From positions 8,804,001 to 8,868,000 of the forward strand of contig OZ281500.1 in the NCBI GenBank assembly GCA_965637545.1: 64,000 nucleotides of DNA, in the 5' to 3' direction. The stretch's first letter is position 1; each line of letters opens with the position of its first letter. This document shows, in pieces, positions 21,235 through 34,552 of the stretch. The stretch comes from Phallusia mammillata (Eukaryota). The notes below the pieces were generated by a model. It searched no databases, had not been told where the DNA came from, and saw only the letters and a list, made by a program, of their open reading frames with translations. The translations under genes were made by a program, and so were the position numbers.

Positions 21235-23603
21235 ATGTTGACGAACGGTTCGACTAAAGCACTCTGCAAGTGTATGCCTAATACTGAAGTCTTGAAATAT
21301 GCCGCCAAAAGTATGCAGAGATCAAGCACCTTGGACGCAACGACTAACATGCAAAATACACATCATCAAAGGCGCCGAGCAAGCGTGGTGTATCCCAGCT
21401 CCGAAGCAAGATGCCTCAGGCACATCCCTCGACGCAGCTTAGCCGAGGCTGTTAAGGACTTTGCACGCGTTGCAAGAGAGCACGGCAGCAGGTTGAAAAT
21501 GCAAGTTCTAGGACAAACGGAATGCGAGACACAAGCCACAAGCTACGCCAAAATCCCCGGACCTCGCGGCATTCCATTTTTGGGTTCGGTGCTTGAATAC
21601 ACAGCTCTCGGACGATTCTCGCCCAAAGAGTTCGACAAGGCGCTACGTCACAGACATAACAGGTAAGCATCATTTTGCAAGATTTTTACATACTACGAGT
21701 TCTAAAAATGCATGTAAATTACTGGCTACTACGCAGATACGCGTCACTGATTGTTTACTAAACGCAATTTACCTGTACAGATACGGAACCATTTTCCGCG
21801 AGAAACTAATGAACGAAGAATTTGTGTACGTTTCCGACCCTAAGGACATTCGAGTCGTTGTCCAGAACGAGGGTAAAACACCACTCCGACCCCATCTCGA
21901 AGCCATAGTGAGATGTCGTCACCAAGAAAACCTCCCAGTCGGAATCACAGCAATGCAAGGTATTTAAAACTCCTGTTTATACAACCAATGAGGTAGCTTT
22001 TTCTCTTTGTTCAATAAGCAATCCGATTCGCTTTTCTCCGAACAGGCGCAGAATGGTTGCGAAATCGTAATGCCATCAACCCTGCCATCTCGCCCATGCA
22101 AATGGTTACAAAGTTTCGCAAAGCTCAAAGCTCTGTTACCGACGATTTCCTGGCTCAAATGGAAAGGACACGTGACTGCAAAACCGGTGAAATCCCGAAT
22201 TTCGAACAGTGGCTTAACCGTTGGGCCCTCGAGTCAATTGGCGTGGTCCTTCTAGATTCAAGGTATGCAAAAATGCTGTACGCGATTGTGAAATTAAATT
22301 TGATACAAAAAGTGTCTTTTACGCAAAGAATATTGTTGTTAGCGGAATGGGTTTTAATCCATATCGTTTTACGCAGACTTGGTTTGCTTGAAAAATCCGA
22401 GGCCAAAGTCAACCCCAGCGCAGAGAAACTTCGCGAATGCATGGACATCTTTTTCGACTATGGAGCCAGATTGACTTTCGGCGTCCCCACTTGGAAACTG
22501 TTCAACACCAAAGACTGGAAAGTGTTTCGCCAGTGTCAACGCGATGAATTTCAATACGCCGGGCTCTTTGTGGACAGGTAAATCACATAATTTCTTGTTC
22601 GTACCGCATGTTAAACCCGTGACTCACACATAAGCGTTGGGTTAATTATTTGCCCGGATGCGTCTCGTCTTATTTGCCTACGATAGCGCAAAGCAAAATG
22701 TTTTAGCCTGAAGCGCCGAACCTTATTCTAATCTTAGATATTATCTTTTACAGAAAGCTAAAGGAACTGGCCCAGAAACAGGCGCTTGGGGGCTCTGCAA
22801 AAAGTCGCGACAGCAATGCACCTGCTAGTCTACTCGAGCACGTGATCAACAACAAATCACTGACGCGTGACGAAGCGTTGACTGTGTGCCTCGAACTATT
22901 AGCAGGGGGCATCGACACAACAGCGAGCGCCGCGATCTTCACACTTTACCACCTATCCGTAAACCAGAAGCACCAACAACATCTGCGTGAGCTTCTTGAA
23001 CAAGAAGAGGCCGAAGGTCCAGTGAGCACCGGTTGCCCAATGAAGGTCCATACAACCGAGTTTTCCAAGTACTTAAAAGCATGCGTTTGGGAGTCTCTCC
23101 GAATTAACCCTCTGACTTACGCAAACATGCGACGGACGAGCAAGGATCTTGTACTCTCCGGTTACAAAGTGCCTAAGGGAACAACCGTCCGTTACACTTC
23201 GCATCTGATGAACCTTAAAAATGAAAAATATTTCCCCAATTCGGAGGAATTTATGCCCTCGAGATGGTTGGACAGAAAATCTGAACACAGGTAATTACTC
23301 ATGTGCAATAAAATAATGAGATCGTTTAACATAGCAGTTTAAACACTGCAAATTTTATCCCGTGTGACAAATCTGACCTATGACTTGTATTTCAGATGTA
23401 CAGAACAATTCACATTTACGCCATTCGGACACGGGGCTCGCCAATGCCCTGGTAGACGCGTCGCTGAGCAAGAGTTGGACTTGCTCTTCCGCGCCATCCT
23501 CAAAAACTACAAAGTTGGATACAAACATGGAAAGATGGGCACAAAAGTTCGTCTCTTCAACAAAGCCGACAAGCCGGCTCAATTCAGCTTTGAGCCCCTC
23601 TAA
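21235..23603 (+). CDS. Cytochrome P450, mitochondrial clan (CYP24/27/49/302-like), 589 aa
   Basis: Exons 21235-21662, 21781-21959, 22046-22262, 22377-22577, 22754-23290, 23396-23603 total 1770 nt in frame. Motifs: IPGPRGIPFLG, C-helix GAEWLRNR, I-helix ELLAGGIDTT, K-helix ESLR, meander FMPSRWL, heme motif PFGHGARQCPGRRVAEQE. Basic N-terminus with no N-terminal TM anchor fits a mitochondrial transit peptide. Confidence 0.93.
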
Positions 23604-23852
23604 GCGATAACAGCAATCTTTTTTATCACAGCCATAACTTCAGGTTTCATTATTATTGTTTTTTTCTTCTGCGCCCCACTGCCCTTTTTATACATCGACT
23701 TTCCTACACTTATTTATTTCTGATTTTTACCTTTTCCAGAATGTTTGCGCTTTTCTCGAAGTTTTGCTCATCTATATATATATTATTTTATTTTTAATTT
23801 ATTTGCGTCCGTATATGCATACATCTATAAATAGTACGCCGTAGAATCCTGG

Positions 23853-25567
23853 CTACGTGGTGCATTTTGGTTGTGTGATATCTTGTGCGCTTGTTATTAA
23901 AGCAAAGTTTAAACTTTGACAAACAGTTTCTTCAATCTTTAAATCAGAACACAGAACAGCGAAAGGCAAACTTTTGCCCCATAACAACGTTTGTTTGAAA
24001 GTAGGCAGCCGAAAAACCATGATTGTATACTTACATAATCCACGCATTGACCATTGTTGAGAGTGCCGAGGAATGGAACTCGCGTTGGTTTTGTTCGGTT
24101 TATTTTCCACAGTTCGTTAATCTGATGGAAGCTGTGAGCCCACATTGGCCGCTCGTTCGGTTCTTTCCAAGTATAAGCAGAATTCGCGTGCAGTAAGCGT
24201 ACACAGCCCCTGGCCGTGGCTTATTTGTCGGCACCGTTGAGTTAGCTACAAAATATCCGTGACTGCAGATAACAGCATTTACTAGCTTGATCGCAACCAA
24301 TAAAGCATAGGGTTTTTGCAGCGTTGCCGCGAAGCACATGCGTCCAATTTTCATTCCAACGCGATTTTGCGTGGCAGGGGACAATCTATGCCTGAAACCA
24401 CCGCTTCAAAAATGATCGTTTCATCACGCTATGTGACAAGTTGAAGCTAACAGAAACTGCGTGATTGAGGAGATGTTACTTTTATTTGCTTGTAACGTAA
24501 TTTCGGTGCGTAAATTGGTGAAGTATAAAAGTGAAAAATAAAAGAACACTTTTGGGCCATATTTTACAAAACATCGCGTTTATTTTCAAATAAAAAAGCA
24601 ACAACAGATAGCACAAGTTGTATTTTGAATTCCGTTCATCCGTTTAATTTCGTGAATTTGTCGGTCTGTCACGTCCAAATCGCGTGATTAAAATCGTTGC
24701 ATTTGATTTTGATCTAGTTGTGTTGCTAACGAAGCGCGAAATTTTAGTTGACACACGTATTTGCAAAACGTAAGAAGCTAACGTATACGAATATGGGAAA
24801 AACTAAGAACGTTCCAGACTTTGTTTCGCGTAAGTTTACAAATATAGAAAGAGAAGCGCCCCAAAAAATATGACCAATAATCTTGTCGAAAAACAACTTA
24901 TCAATTTCAATAAAGTCATTTTCAGGGGGTTCAACATCTAAACAATACACCTACACAAAAAATATGTCGAGTATTTTTTTCATGTGGTGACGATTCTATT
25001 TTGATCTTACGGCACCTCGCCGGTGAGGTAATGTGGCAATTATGGTTGAAAAGGAAATATCAAGGATCTACGAGTATCCCAATTTCGATTTCGTCATGCA
25101 GTCATTTTGTATAATTCGATGTAAGTTAACCTCCACACTGTTGCGACAGAATGAGCCGTTTTCATTGTAGCTGTAACGTGTCTTACATTATTGGAGATTA
25201 ATGTGTTATTGACCTTGTATGTGTCACTCCGATTTGAGTTCTGATAACGCCGGAAAACAAAGGTTTTAGCCAGAATGTTAGTAGAAAATATCGAATTTCG
25301 TGTTGTGTAATCCCCTATGTACTCGCATCGCTGTCTCACGAGGTAAGAAAAGCGCGGTTCGAAAAGTCGCGAGAATATTGGATCTGTCGATTGCAATAGT
25401 TGCGAAACGTTTACGATAAAATTTTGGCAAATTTCGTAATACGTTGCGTCGGGCGTGTACGCGCACTCTTGCTTATTGGGTTGCTGATTGTTTGTAGAGA
25501 AAACACAAGCGGAGTAGACTTGGTGCCAGAGGAACAAACAGCAACCGGCATTATGTACGTCACTCAC
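23853..25567 (-). other. Possible multi-exon gene of unknown function, convergent with the P450
   Basis: Phase-0 compatible pieces: an exon ending at donor AAG|GTCAAT (25214), an acceptor at 24950 (VYCLDVEPPENDF...), an exon ending at strong donor TAT|GTAAGT (24035) and a terminal exon 23936-23853 (IEETVCQSLNF...KCTT*). No recognisable family and the chain is incomplete. Confidence 0.3.
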
Positions 25568-28500
25568 GCTTCTATGACGTCACGATGTGAATCCGCAAAT
25601 ACAATGTTCGGCGATAGACAACCGGCAATGTGTGCCGACGGCCGGTAGCAGGCAGTTTTGACGCAAGATCGAAGGTTTGCTGCCCGGGCAATTTCGCAAG
25701 CGGCCCAGGGTCGTTCGTCACCCAGCTCCGTTTCAATGCGCTGATGTACGCAAGTCGGCGATAAGCAAGGGCCGAGTATCAGCGCTGAATAAACACCTTA
25801 ACCGGCGTATCTTTTTTGCGGACGTAATAGGAACGATCTGCCACTTTCCGGATGCTTCCTTTTTATTTTGACCACGAGTTTCGAGAAATTTCGAAAACGC
25901 CCCCATCGTAGGACATCTGGTCGGTGTTTTGTCCACATCCATCATAGACCTTGTATCCTGTTTTCCAATGTGTAAGGGTGACATACAAGGGTTTTGTGCG
26001 AGGCTTTTCAGATTTGAATGTTAAGTCAGCGACCTTGTTACAAACCACATCAAGACTAAAAAAAGCAATAAGCTACGTGGTATCGTCATGAAGTAAAAAT
26101 ACCCACATGTATACGAACGCTCGCAACACCCGCTTCCTTATAAGTCGAAACAATCACGTCTACATACAACGGTTCAATATGTTCACACGATTTACCTATC
26201 GAACGTCGGCCTAACGTCATGATGTTTCTTCCGTATTAAAAAACACTTCGTTTGAAATGTAAAAAAAAACTCCAGCCCTTCACGGTCAATTATTGTCACC
26301 ATTTCGTGCAAGGCACGCGCCATTGGGGCCAAAGGCAATAGGCATTTCAAAACAAACTGTATCGCAATGCCCCGCTTCGTGAATTGCGGCTATAAATTGC
26401 GTGTTATCTCATTATTAGAGGTTTGCCATCTTGTTTGTATCAACGAAATTAAATGGAATCACAAACCGGGCTATGATTGAAGGTTCAACGCTTTTAGTAA
26501 GCATTGTATCGCACTCAACTTCTGCGATAATTAATTTCCCTGTCGTATTATGTCACATGTTAATGTATTGAATTAAATGTAAAACACTACGGCGTTGGTG
26601 ATGCACGTAGATGTATATTCTTGTAAGAGCAGTAATCAAACTATTTTGTTTAGGGAACTACGTTTTTGCAACTTTTACGCCTTTGAAAATTTAATCCAAG
26701 TGTTTCTACATTTTTTGCGAGCTTTGTTATTTTCTTAGAAATCACGGTCGGATATAATCCACAGTTGTTGTTTTTGGCAAAGGGCAATTTTGATTTTTTT
26801 CAATTCGATCTTTGACATTTGCTCGATTGACCTTGTTGATGAGACGTTGGAACTCGACAGTTATGACCGATAAAAGTGACGCTAAACGACGTGCTGCCAT
26901 AGTTTGCAAATCGTAACGCCGGCGACAAAGGCGATTATCGAGCTGCGACGCTAAACAATATCGCGTCATATCTCGTCTTAAGTCTATGACGTTTCTCGAT
27001 CTGCCGCGGAATGGGCTGGTGGCATCCGCAGCCGTCGCAAATCGACGAAGTAATCCGCTTTTAAGCGATACTAGAGTTTGCAGTAGCTGCCAGATAATCT
27101 ATGTGGAGCACACAAGACCAACTGTCAACCGCAAAAGTTAAGTCAAGACTTGCTCTTATGTCCCTCTCTGAGGTGTCTTTGTTGACTGGGTCCCGCCCTC
27201 GCGCTTCGTCACCAAAAGACGGATAATCTAACGTTTGTAAACCCGCCGATCGAAAGTACCGGATCCGATGTACCAAGGCAGTCTTGTTAACAAGTCAAGT
27301 TCACCAATTACCTCTAGTGAACTTCACTTGTACTTAATTGCCCGAAAAAAATGCCCTTAACGCCTCGACGGATTTCTCTTTTCGGAAACAACTTGTTTGC
27401 TTTCATGGGTTTATAGACTCGTTTTCCATCTATTTAATCGCGTGGGCGAACGTATTTGTAGTTATTTTCCAATCAGGATCCCACATTATAATACTTTACT
27501 TGCGAATTTGCAACAAGTTAGGACCATCGTTTAAAATCTTTAAAATGACTATGGGTTGGAGTGTATTCCCCCATCTGAAGTATAAAAGTTAGAACAAAAG
27601 TTATTCCGATTACTGTGAAGCCACACTGGCATTTGTGCATGAAAAGGCATACGGAATTGCATCTGCTGATAAGGGTCGATGCCAATTTCCGGTAAAATCT
27701 TTTAAAGTTTAAGATCAAAGTTTGACAATATATTATTTTTTTTCGAGAAAATATTTGATGAAAGTAAATCAAACGCCATAGCGTTTATACTTACAAAATA
27801 TTGAGTGTTTACCACCTTTGAAATAAAAACATCCTTATCTTCCGAAAGCATCTGTTTCAAGGAATGGAAAACCTATTCAACCGTTACCGGTTCAAACAGA
27901 GCGTTAAAGTACTTTGTGGTAACTCGAAACCGTTTTGATAAAACTGGCAAAACAAAAACTGATGTTGTCGCAATTGCATGGAGCGTGTAGAGGGCAAAAC
28001 AGTGAGTTCCGAGTTTTCTATAGCTTTGGCGCTGGTAGCGGTTATAGAAATATGAACGCTTTTACATGCCACAAAATTTTAAGGATTTTCTTCCAAACTA
28101 AAAGAAAAAAAAATACGGTTTACTAGCGACATCTTATGGACCATGTGTGCAGACCTTACATAAACCATGAATTACCGAGATCACAGTGAACTACTAACAG
28201 GCATTTGAAGGATGATTAAATAACGTTTTATAAATATAAAGAAAAATGCTTCCATTATTTTAAACGCTACCCTGAAGCCTACACATGTTTAAAGAACAAT
28301 AATTGCCATCAACAAATATTAGATGTTTTGGTCAAACTGACTCGCTTGTGTCGACGTTTTACTAAGTCGCCTGTCTTACGTAGGCTTACAAGGACGAGCA
28401 ACTACATCTCAAGTACATCCAGTTCTCTCTCTATCGACTCAAGTAACATTCGTCCCAATTTTCGCACCTGACTAAAAGGTTTTCAAAATAGCCGGATTAT

Positions 28501-28686
28501 TTTAGTGGGATTATTACAAGTCTAAATCATTTTTATTCACACAAAGGCACATAACATACACTTGTTTATCAACAAACGATTAAATCACATTGAGACTGAG
28601 TTAACTTGACAGGTCACAACAACATAAAGATATACGTTTACACCGACAAACACCTTAATCATAAATATACGGGAGTGGTCAAAAAA

Positions 28687-31600
28687 CTATTTACCGTAAT
28701 AGCAATAACCCGCATAACACCGAGTGGTGACACTTTGCTTGAAGTCGGGGCAGTGGCCAACTCCTCCTTGGTACTCGCACCTGTATGCAGTGGTCACTTG
28801 GCAGTCGGGATATTCACAAGCGGTTGTAGCCACTTTCACCGTCTTGCCGCAGAAGATCTCACAGCGCACTGTTTCCTGAAGTGGTTCAGTCACCGCATCG
28901 CAACCGTACGCACCGCCATTAGTACAGCTGCGTGTGCGAACCTTTTCACCGACTCCACAGGTGGCACTGCAACTTCCGAAAGCCGACCACTGGCTAAAGG
29001 TTGGACATTTTCCTGTTTGACAAGCTCTGGTCTCCTGACTGTCACCGAAACACTCTCCGTCGGATGGAATACAGGATCGTCCACGGATTTGACTTCCACC
29101 TCCACAGGAAGCATCGCAAGAACCCCAGGTACCCCACGGGCCGTAGTGTGGGCACTGGTTGTTGTTGCAAACCTCTACTTGGGTGTTGTCAGCATCCGAG
29201 CCACATACTTGATTCTTATACGCAACACATCGTCGCTTTCTGGTACGTCGACCTCCTCCACAAGAAACGGTACAGTCGGACCACTTTTGCCAATTGGAAA
29301 GGTAAGGAGCAACACCCGAATATTGGCGGGTAAGTTGGTTGCGGGGGATGTAACACAGAGATTGCTCGCAACAGCCCGCAAAGCTTCCCTTCAGTGGGTG
29401 AAAAGAACCGACATTGTAGTTATGATAAGGACATTGATGAGCGTGGATTGGGTTGTGGCCGGTTGGGTTTCCAAAAGAAGGATACTGGCTACCAGGAAAG
29501 TTAAATTGGAAACCAGGACCGCTGTTGTGAAAGCGACCGTTTGGATACTGTCCGGGAAGTGATGCACCTCTTGATCGATTGCGGTTTGCTTGCAGTGCCA
29601 AAGTGTAAGCCAGGATGTCCACTGAACCTTGTTTGCCAGTTTGTTTGCCAAAGGGAAACCCAGGATAATGCGGCTCAGACTGTAGTTTATTGAGGTAATA
29701 TTCCCAGTTGTCAGCGGAGATGACACCCTCCTGGATCAGGTCGTAGTATTGTTGCCTTAAGTGTTGTGGGACCAATGTGAGAGTAATGTTCAGCAGCTTG
29801 TGGAATAGAGTTTTCTGAGTAACCGACGGGTCAACGACACATCCTGATTGCAAACAGTGGTGATAACTGTCCAAGAAATCACTTGGAGACGACTCGAGAT
29901 TAAGCGGAAGGCACAGCGGTTGACCGTACATGTCTCTTGCTGTTGGTGTGGTGCTGCGGTAAGGGTCTTCACCGGATCGTACTTTCACGTGGCGCAGCTG
30001 AGCCGGATAGTAGCAGCCTAAGCCGGATTTAAAGCAACCTCCCAAAAGAGAACACTCTCTGGGATTAATACCTAAAATAGAAACAACATATGTTGTAGAC
30101 ACAGAGTAAAATGGTTTATAATAATGCGCTTTAACATGAGGAAACGAGTTAATACCTCTCCATCCAGCTCGTTTCGGTTTGATACCGATAAACTGCAAGA
30201 CGTCGATCATGTAACACCCAGCAGGTGCTTCATCGATTTCGTGCTGGTTTTGATCGAGTAAACAGTTTGTGTACAAACCACTCCATTCTTTTCCGCTCTA
30301 CAAGTAAACATTTTTATGTTAATACTTAGCAATAATCTTAAATCGCGTCCTATGTAATTCTAACATGCACAATGTGCGTAATAAAGAGTAGTTACGTAAA
30401 CACAATATTATTGAAGTTTATAAATCAAGAGATATTTCATAATCAGTGGTTTTTTGTACTGCCCCTGAACAGCTAGTTGAATTAAAAATGTATTGTAAAA
30501 ATGTAAGTAAAACCAATAACAACTTTAGTTTGTTAACTGGGGGTTTCAAGTTAAAAGTATCCAACAATGTGGAAACGTTTATCTTGCAAGATTAATGACA
30601 TTGGCCATTTAAAAATATATACAAGAACTTTTGGCTTGTCGTGCAACCCGTTGTGCCGTCCCGTTTTACTCTCAGCGCGTCTTAAAGTGCAAATTTGATC
30701 TCCATCGCCTCTTTCAATTGCGCGCTAATTTAAGCAAGGCCTTATAATTTAAAGTATTTAAAAATTAAACAAAAAAGCGTAAAATATATTTAAAAAATCT
30801 TTGAATTCAAAAAACAATGACTCTTGATATCACGTACGGTTTTGACATATTTTTGGACAAGTCGATGAAATGCCACATTGCGAATAGCAAGATGACAAGT
30901 TGGAACACCAGGAAGAACGCTGTAACCGATTGCCCGTCGAAGTGTAGCCAATTCCACGTCGAAATAACAACCAGGTTGAGAGTGGCATGCGAAGCGATCG
31001 TTTTCAAATGCTGGGTTGCTGCTGCTGCACGGTGTTCTAAAAATTAAAAAAATAGATTTGACAAAGCGGCAATAAAAATAACATGAATTAAGTGGTGACC
31101 AGCGCATATCTATCCGATTATATGTTATCTGGACTAAGCGACCTTGCAGTACCACTTTAGTCAATACTCGGAACAAATAAAAAAACGCAGTAGCTTGCAA
31201 CCATTTTTTTACAATACAACTTTCACAATTTTACGTTTTGACCAAAATAACATTTGAAGGTTATTTTCACCTTTGACAGTAAGGTACATTAACAGGGGCC
31301 TCCAGGAGTTTGTACAGATGTGGATCATGTGGATTAACGCCGCAATTGTCCGGAAACTGTTTGGGACAGAGTCGGGGAAATGGCGGAAGAACCGGTGGAA
31401 GGCCTGAAGACGAAAATGGGTAAAGTCCACCTGCGCCGATAACAAGGCCACCTGAAATGAAATATTGTGTTACTTGCTGAAATTGCAGGAAAGAAACCTT
31501 CTTCCTGATTATTTGTACCTGCATGAAAGTTCCTTCCGGATACTTCTTCGGGCTTAACGTATTTTTTCTCGAGTGTTTGTCTTGGAACTGTAACGAAGCA

Positions 31601-32391
31601 AGTTTTCGTATGTCACTATGATTTTGTTATCATGGTCCTATTTTCGGCAAACACAATTATCTTCTTTTAAAGGCAATTATATGACAAACAACAAAGTGTT
31701 TTAGTGGTTTTACAACCTTCATTTTGGTGCAGTATTTTTACCATATATATGCAGATGGACAACCGAGCCATAAATTAACACGGTTATATTAAAAACAACT
31801 TTATATGTGTGACGTTTTAAGGATTGTTTCATGAGTTTATCATTATATTTTCGTTTTCGAAAAAATCAAGCCAGTCTATTTGTTTAAATAAGTTTTTGGG
31901 GTGCATCTTGACTAGAAAACCGATAGGTTAATCGATTCCTTCTTACCATTACTTTTCTTTTCAATTTAACGTTTGCGTTCGCGGGTAAAAATAAACGATT
32001 GATTGATTGACATGGTTATTGGAGACGAAACTTACTTATTTTCGAATAGCATCCGCCTGCATACGATGCGCAGTGATCAGGACACTCGCTGTCTGGACCA
32101 GCAAGTTCAGTTGGATTTTTATTGCATTGATCAAAGTAGCAAGGGACTTTTGCAGCTGTAAAAAATAACACAGTTTGTAAATACACGGCAAACTAAAATC
32201 AATATCCACCCGACTTACTTGGAATTACTATTCCATCACTTCTCAGTTCGTCTATATTGCAGTTTTCAACTTCTGCAAAAAAACAAGTTAGATTGACGTT
32301 TTATTACGTTAAATAAGCACGTGGACATACCTGTGCCTCCGACTGCAAGCGAAAATGCGCAAAGCGCAAGAAGTGCAAAAAACTTTAACAT
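28687..32391 (-). CDS. Secreted Cys-rich protein with trefoil-like modules and 4 thrombospondin type-1 repeats (paralogue A), 718 aa
   Basis: Exons 32391-32331 (signal peptide MLKFFALLALCAFSLAVGGT), 32155-32036, 31587-31519, 31451-31271, 31036-30838, 30297-30156, 30071-28687 total 2157 nt in frame. Four WxxWxxCxxxCGxG...RxRxC TSP1 repeats. Intron positions and phases match paralogues B and C. Confidence 0.9.
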
Positions 32392-32578
32392 TGTCTCGAA
32401 GTTTCACTGTAAACAAAAACACAATCAGGTAAACGACACATGTAGCATCAAAGGCCATTATTTTACACATTGAAAGCACGACGAAACAAAACAAAAAGTC
32501 AATTATGCTTTTAAAAATCGTATACGTACCAGGCCTCGCGAGTGTTCACCTTGTTGCTGACTGGAGTGTGGCTCTCAT

Positions 32579-32614
32579 GAATGATTTTACCCCCTTCCTA
32601 CTTCCCCTTATATA
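32579..32614 (-). promoter_or_regulatory. TATA box plus initiator of paralogue A
   Basis: TATATAAG at 32614-32607 and TCATTC initiator with the A at 32582, 32 nt downstream of the TATA start. Followed by a 5'UTR exon ending at donor CTG|GTACGT (32530). Confidence 0.6.
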
Positions 32615-34177
32615 CTAGCGCCGTGGACACAAGTGACCATTATCCAGCGCGTGGATTAAGCAGCGTCCAACGAACAAATTACGGGTGTAAAGGACTCGCA
32701 GCGGAAAGATATGTTACCCCACGTACAATTACGGTTGGATGATTACAAACTTGGCTACATAGTTTTATGTCGGCAATGCCAGATTACACATATGATTGTT
32801 GCATACTCGGGCTCGTGCACGACGATCCAGAATTAGGTTACGTCAAATTGTTTGTTATGTTTGGTAATTGACGAAAAGAAGACTGCAGCTCTACAACAAA
32901 CTTATTTTTAAAAACGCATGGTCAAAAATGTAAATGCGACTTCGAATGAAAACTCTGCAACGCATGTTGTTTGTCACGAATTTTTTTGGTCATCAGTTAT
33001 TTATAACCAGCCAAGTACGTTACAACAAAGATAATGAGTTTTGCAATCAACGATTAAATTTATACCTTGCACGACAACTATCTGATATAGGTTTTAGTCG
33101 ACACACTTAGTTGTGTTAGTTTTCTGCAATCAGTAATGATTTTTTTAACTGTTCGAAGGGGGATAACTTGTACGCATTGTTTTGAGCCTGTTAATGATTG
33201 CCTAAAAGTCATCATTTTAACTGCATTTTAGCTCACTTGTTTCCAAATGTTTTCAGGGAACAATGTAATTCTCAATAAAATATTACACTCCCATTTAAAG
33301 GTTAAGGTTTCAATAAAAGTGTCCACATCTAGCATATTTGCCACTCCCTGTTCCAGGTTTGATATAAGCGTTTTTCGTGAACTTCTTCCCATTTCAAACT
33401 GAAACAGTTTGATTTTATTTTGCACAAAACCACAGCCGGTAAGGTGATAGGGAGGACAATACCTTTATAAATCAACATAAGGATAATTAAAGTTTTTTTA
33501 CATATAAATACGGCCCAAAAGAGCCAAACCAAGCTCGGACCAAATATTCAATTTGGGCTCAGTGACAGGAACTTCAATATCAAGATATCTAAAGGACTAT
33601 TCAGAGTTGAAGCCATGAGAGTTTTTGATTATATAAACACTTGGATCACATGTCAAACGCAAGCGATTTTTTGCATTAGAATTGTGCAGCCGGACCCTGG
33701 CGCCCCATTAAATGGTTGCCAAAAGCGTATTTTTTAACATTTTGTTGCGATTCGGCCAAAACCGAATGTTTACGAGGAAATTTTGATGCGTAAAACCCTT
33801 TTCTGCCAGTTAAGAACATCACTCTCTATCAAACTGCGTATTAAGTACAATCGCGCTAGAAACATCATTGTATTGCCCACTGCAGGCAACAGATTAGTAA
33901 TTTATTTACAGACTGGTAACGACGTTCGAGGCGACAATGAGACCAACAGAACGAGGATTATGATCTTTTAAAAGCAGCAGATAAACACTACTATATTACA
34001 AAAGTTACTGCGCAACACCAAATTCGGTACAAGCTAACATTAATCATCATGGTAACAATTAACTTCCCAAAGCACGTGGCTATCAAAAGGCTTGAAACAT
34101 CCCAAAAAAGCTCGCAGTCATAATAACAAGAAAATACAAGTCACGTCGTCGAAACCCACTGATCAATTACCCTAAAG

Positions 34178-34198
34178 CAGGGGGTTTCAACCTTTTTT
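34178..34198. mobile_element. Isolated hAT-like terminal repeat, partner end not found
   Basis: CAGGGGGTTTCAACCTTTTTT resembles the hAT MITE ends at 35939 and 60219 and is preceded by CCCTAAAG. I saw no matching right end or TSD. Confidence 0.35.
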
Positions 34199-34552
34199 GT
34201 GCAGAAACCTAACTGGGTTCAGTATATCGACACAGGGTAGCAGCATATCCATGTGAGAGGAATACACATATTTGCCCATGATGACAAAAATACGAAAATA
34301 ACTTTTCTTACCCTTTATGAGTTCAGTGACAAAACAAACAAACAAACACGTGTCAACAAACAAGTCAAAGATGACATCTGCAGTCGGATAGACATATGGA
34401 CGTCAGAATAGGGACTTTAACTGTAGGACAGTTTAAGTTCTTGCGCGGTCAACATACAAAAATTCGTCAAAAAAATTCTCAGACTCGCTTTTAATAATAA
34501 AATGCACGCAATAGCATTTGCCAAACACAGCAATACATCAAAGCACGCTTTT

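Noticed and set aside
22263-22376. In-frame stop-free 114-nt segment in the P450
   Set aside because: It has canonical GTATG and CGCAG ends, and removing it restores the DSRLG motif region. It is treated as a normal intron, with no evidence of retention.
28606-29562. 318-aa plus-strand ORF
   Set aside because: Antisense shadow of paralogue A's last exon. The overlapping plus-strand ORFs at 36688-37625 and 48122-49059 are rejected for the same reason.
30072-30155. The 529-aa ORF 28687-30276 read as a single exon
   Set aside because: It runs through an 84-nt, stop-free GT-AG intron at the same position and phase as a stop-containing intron in paralogues B and C.
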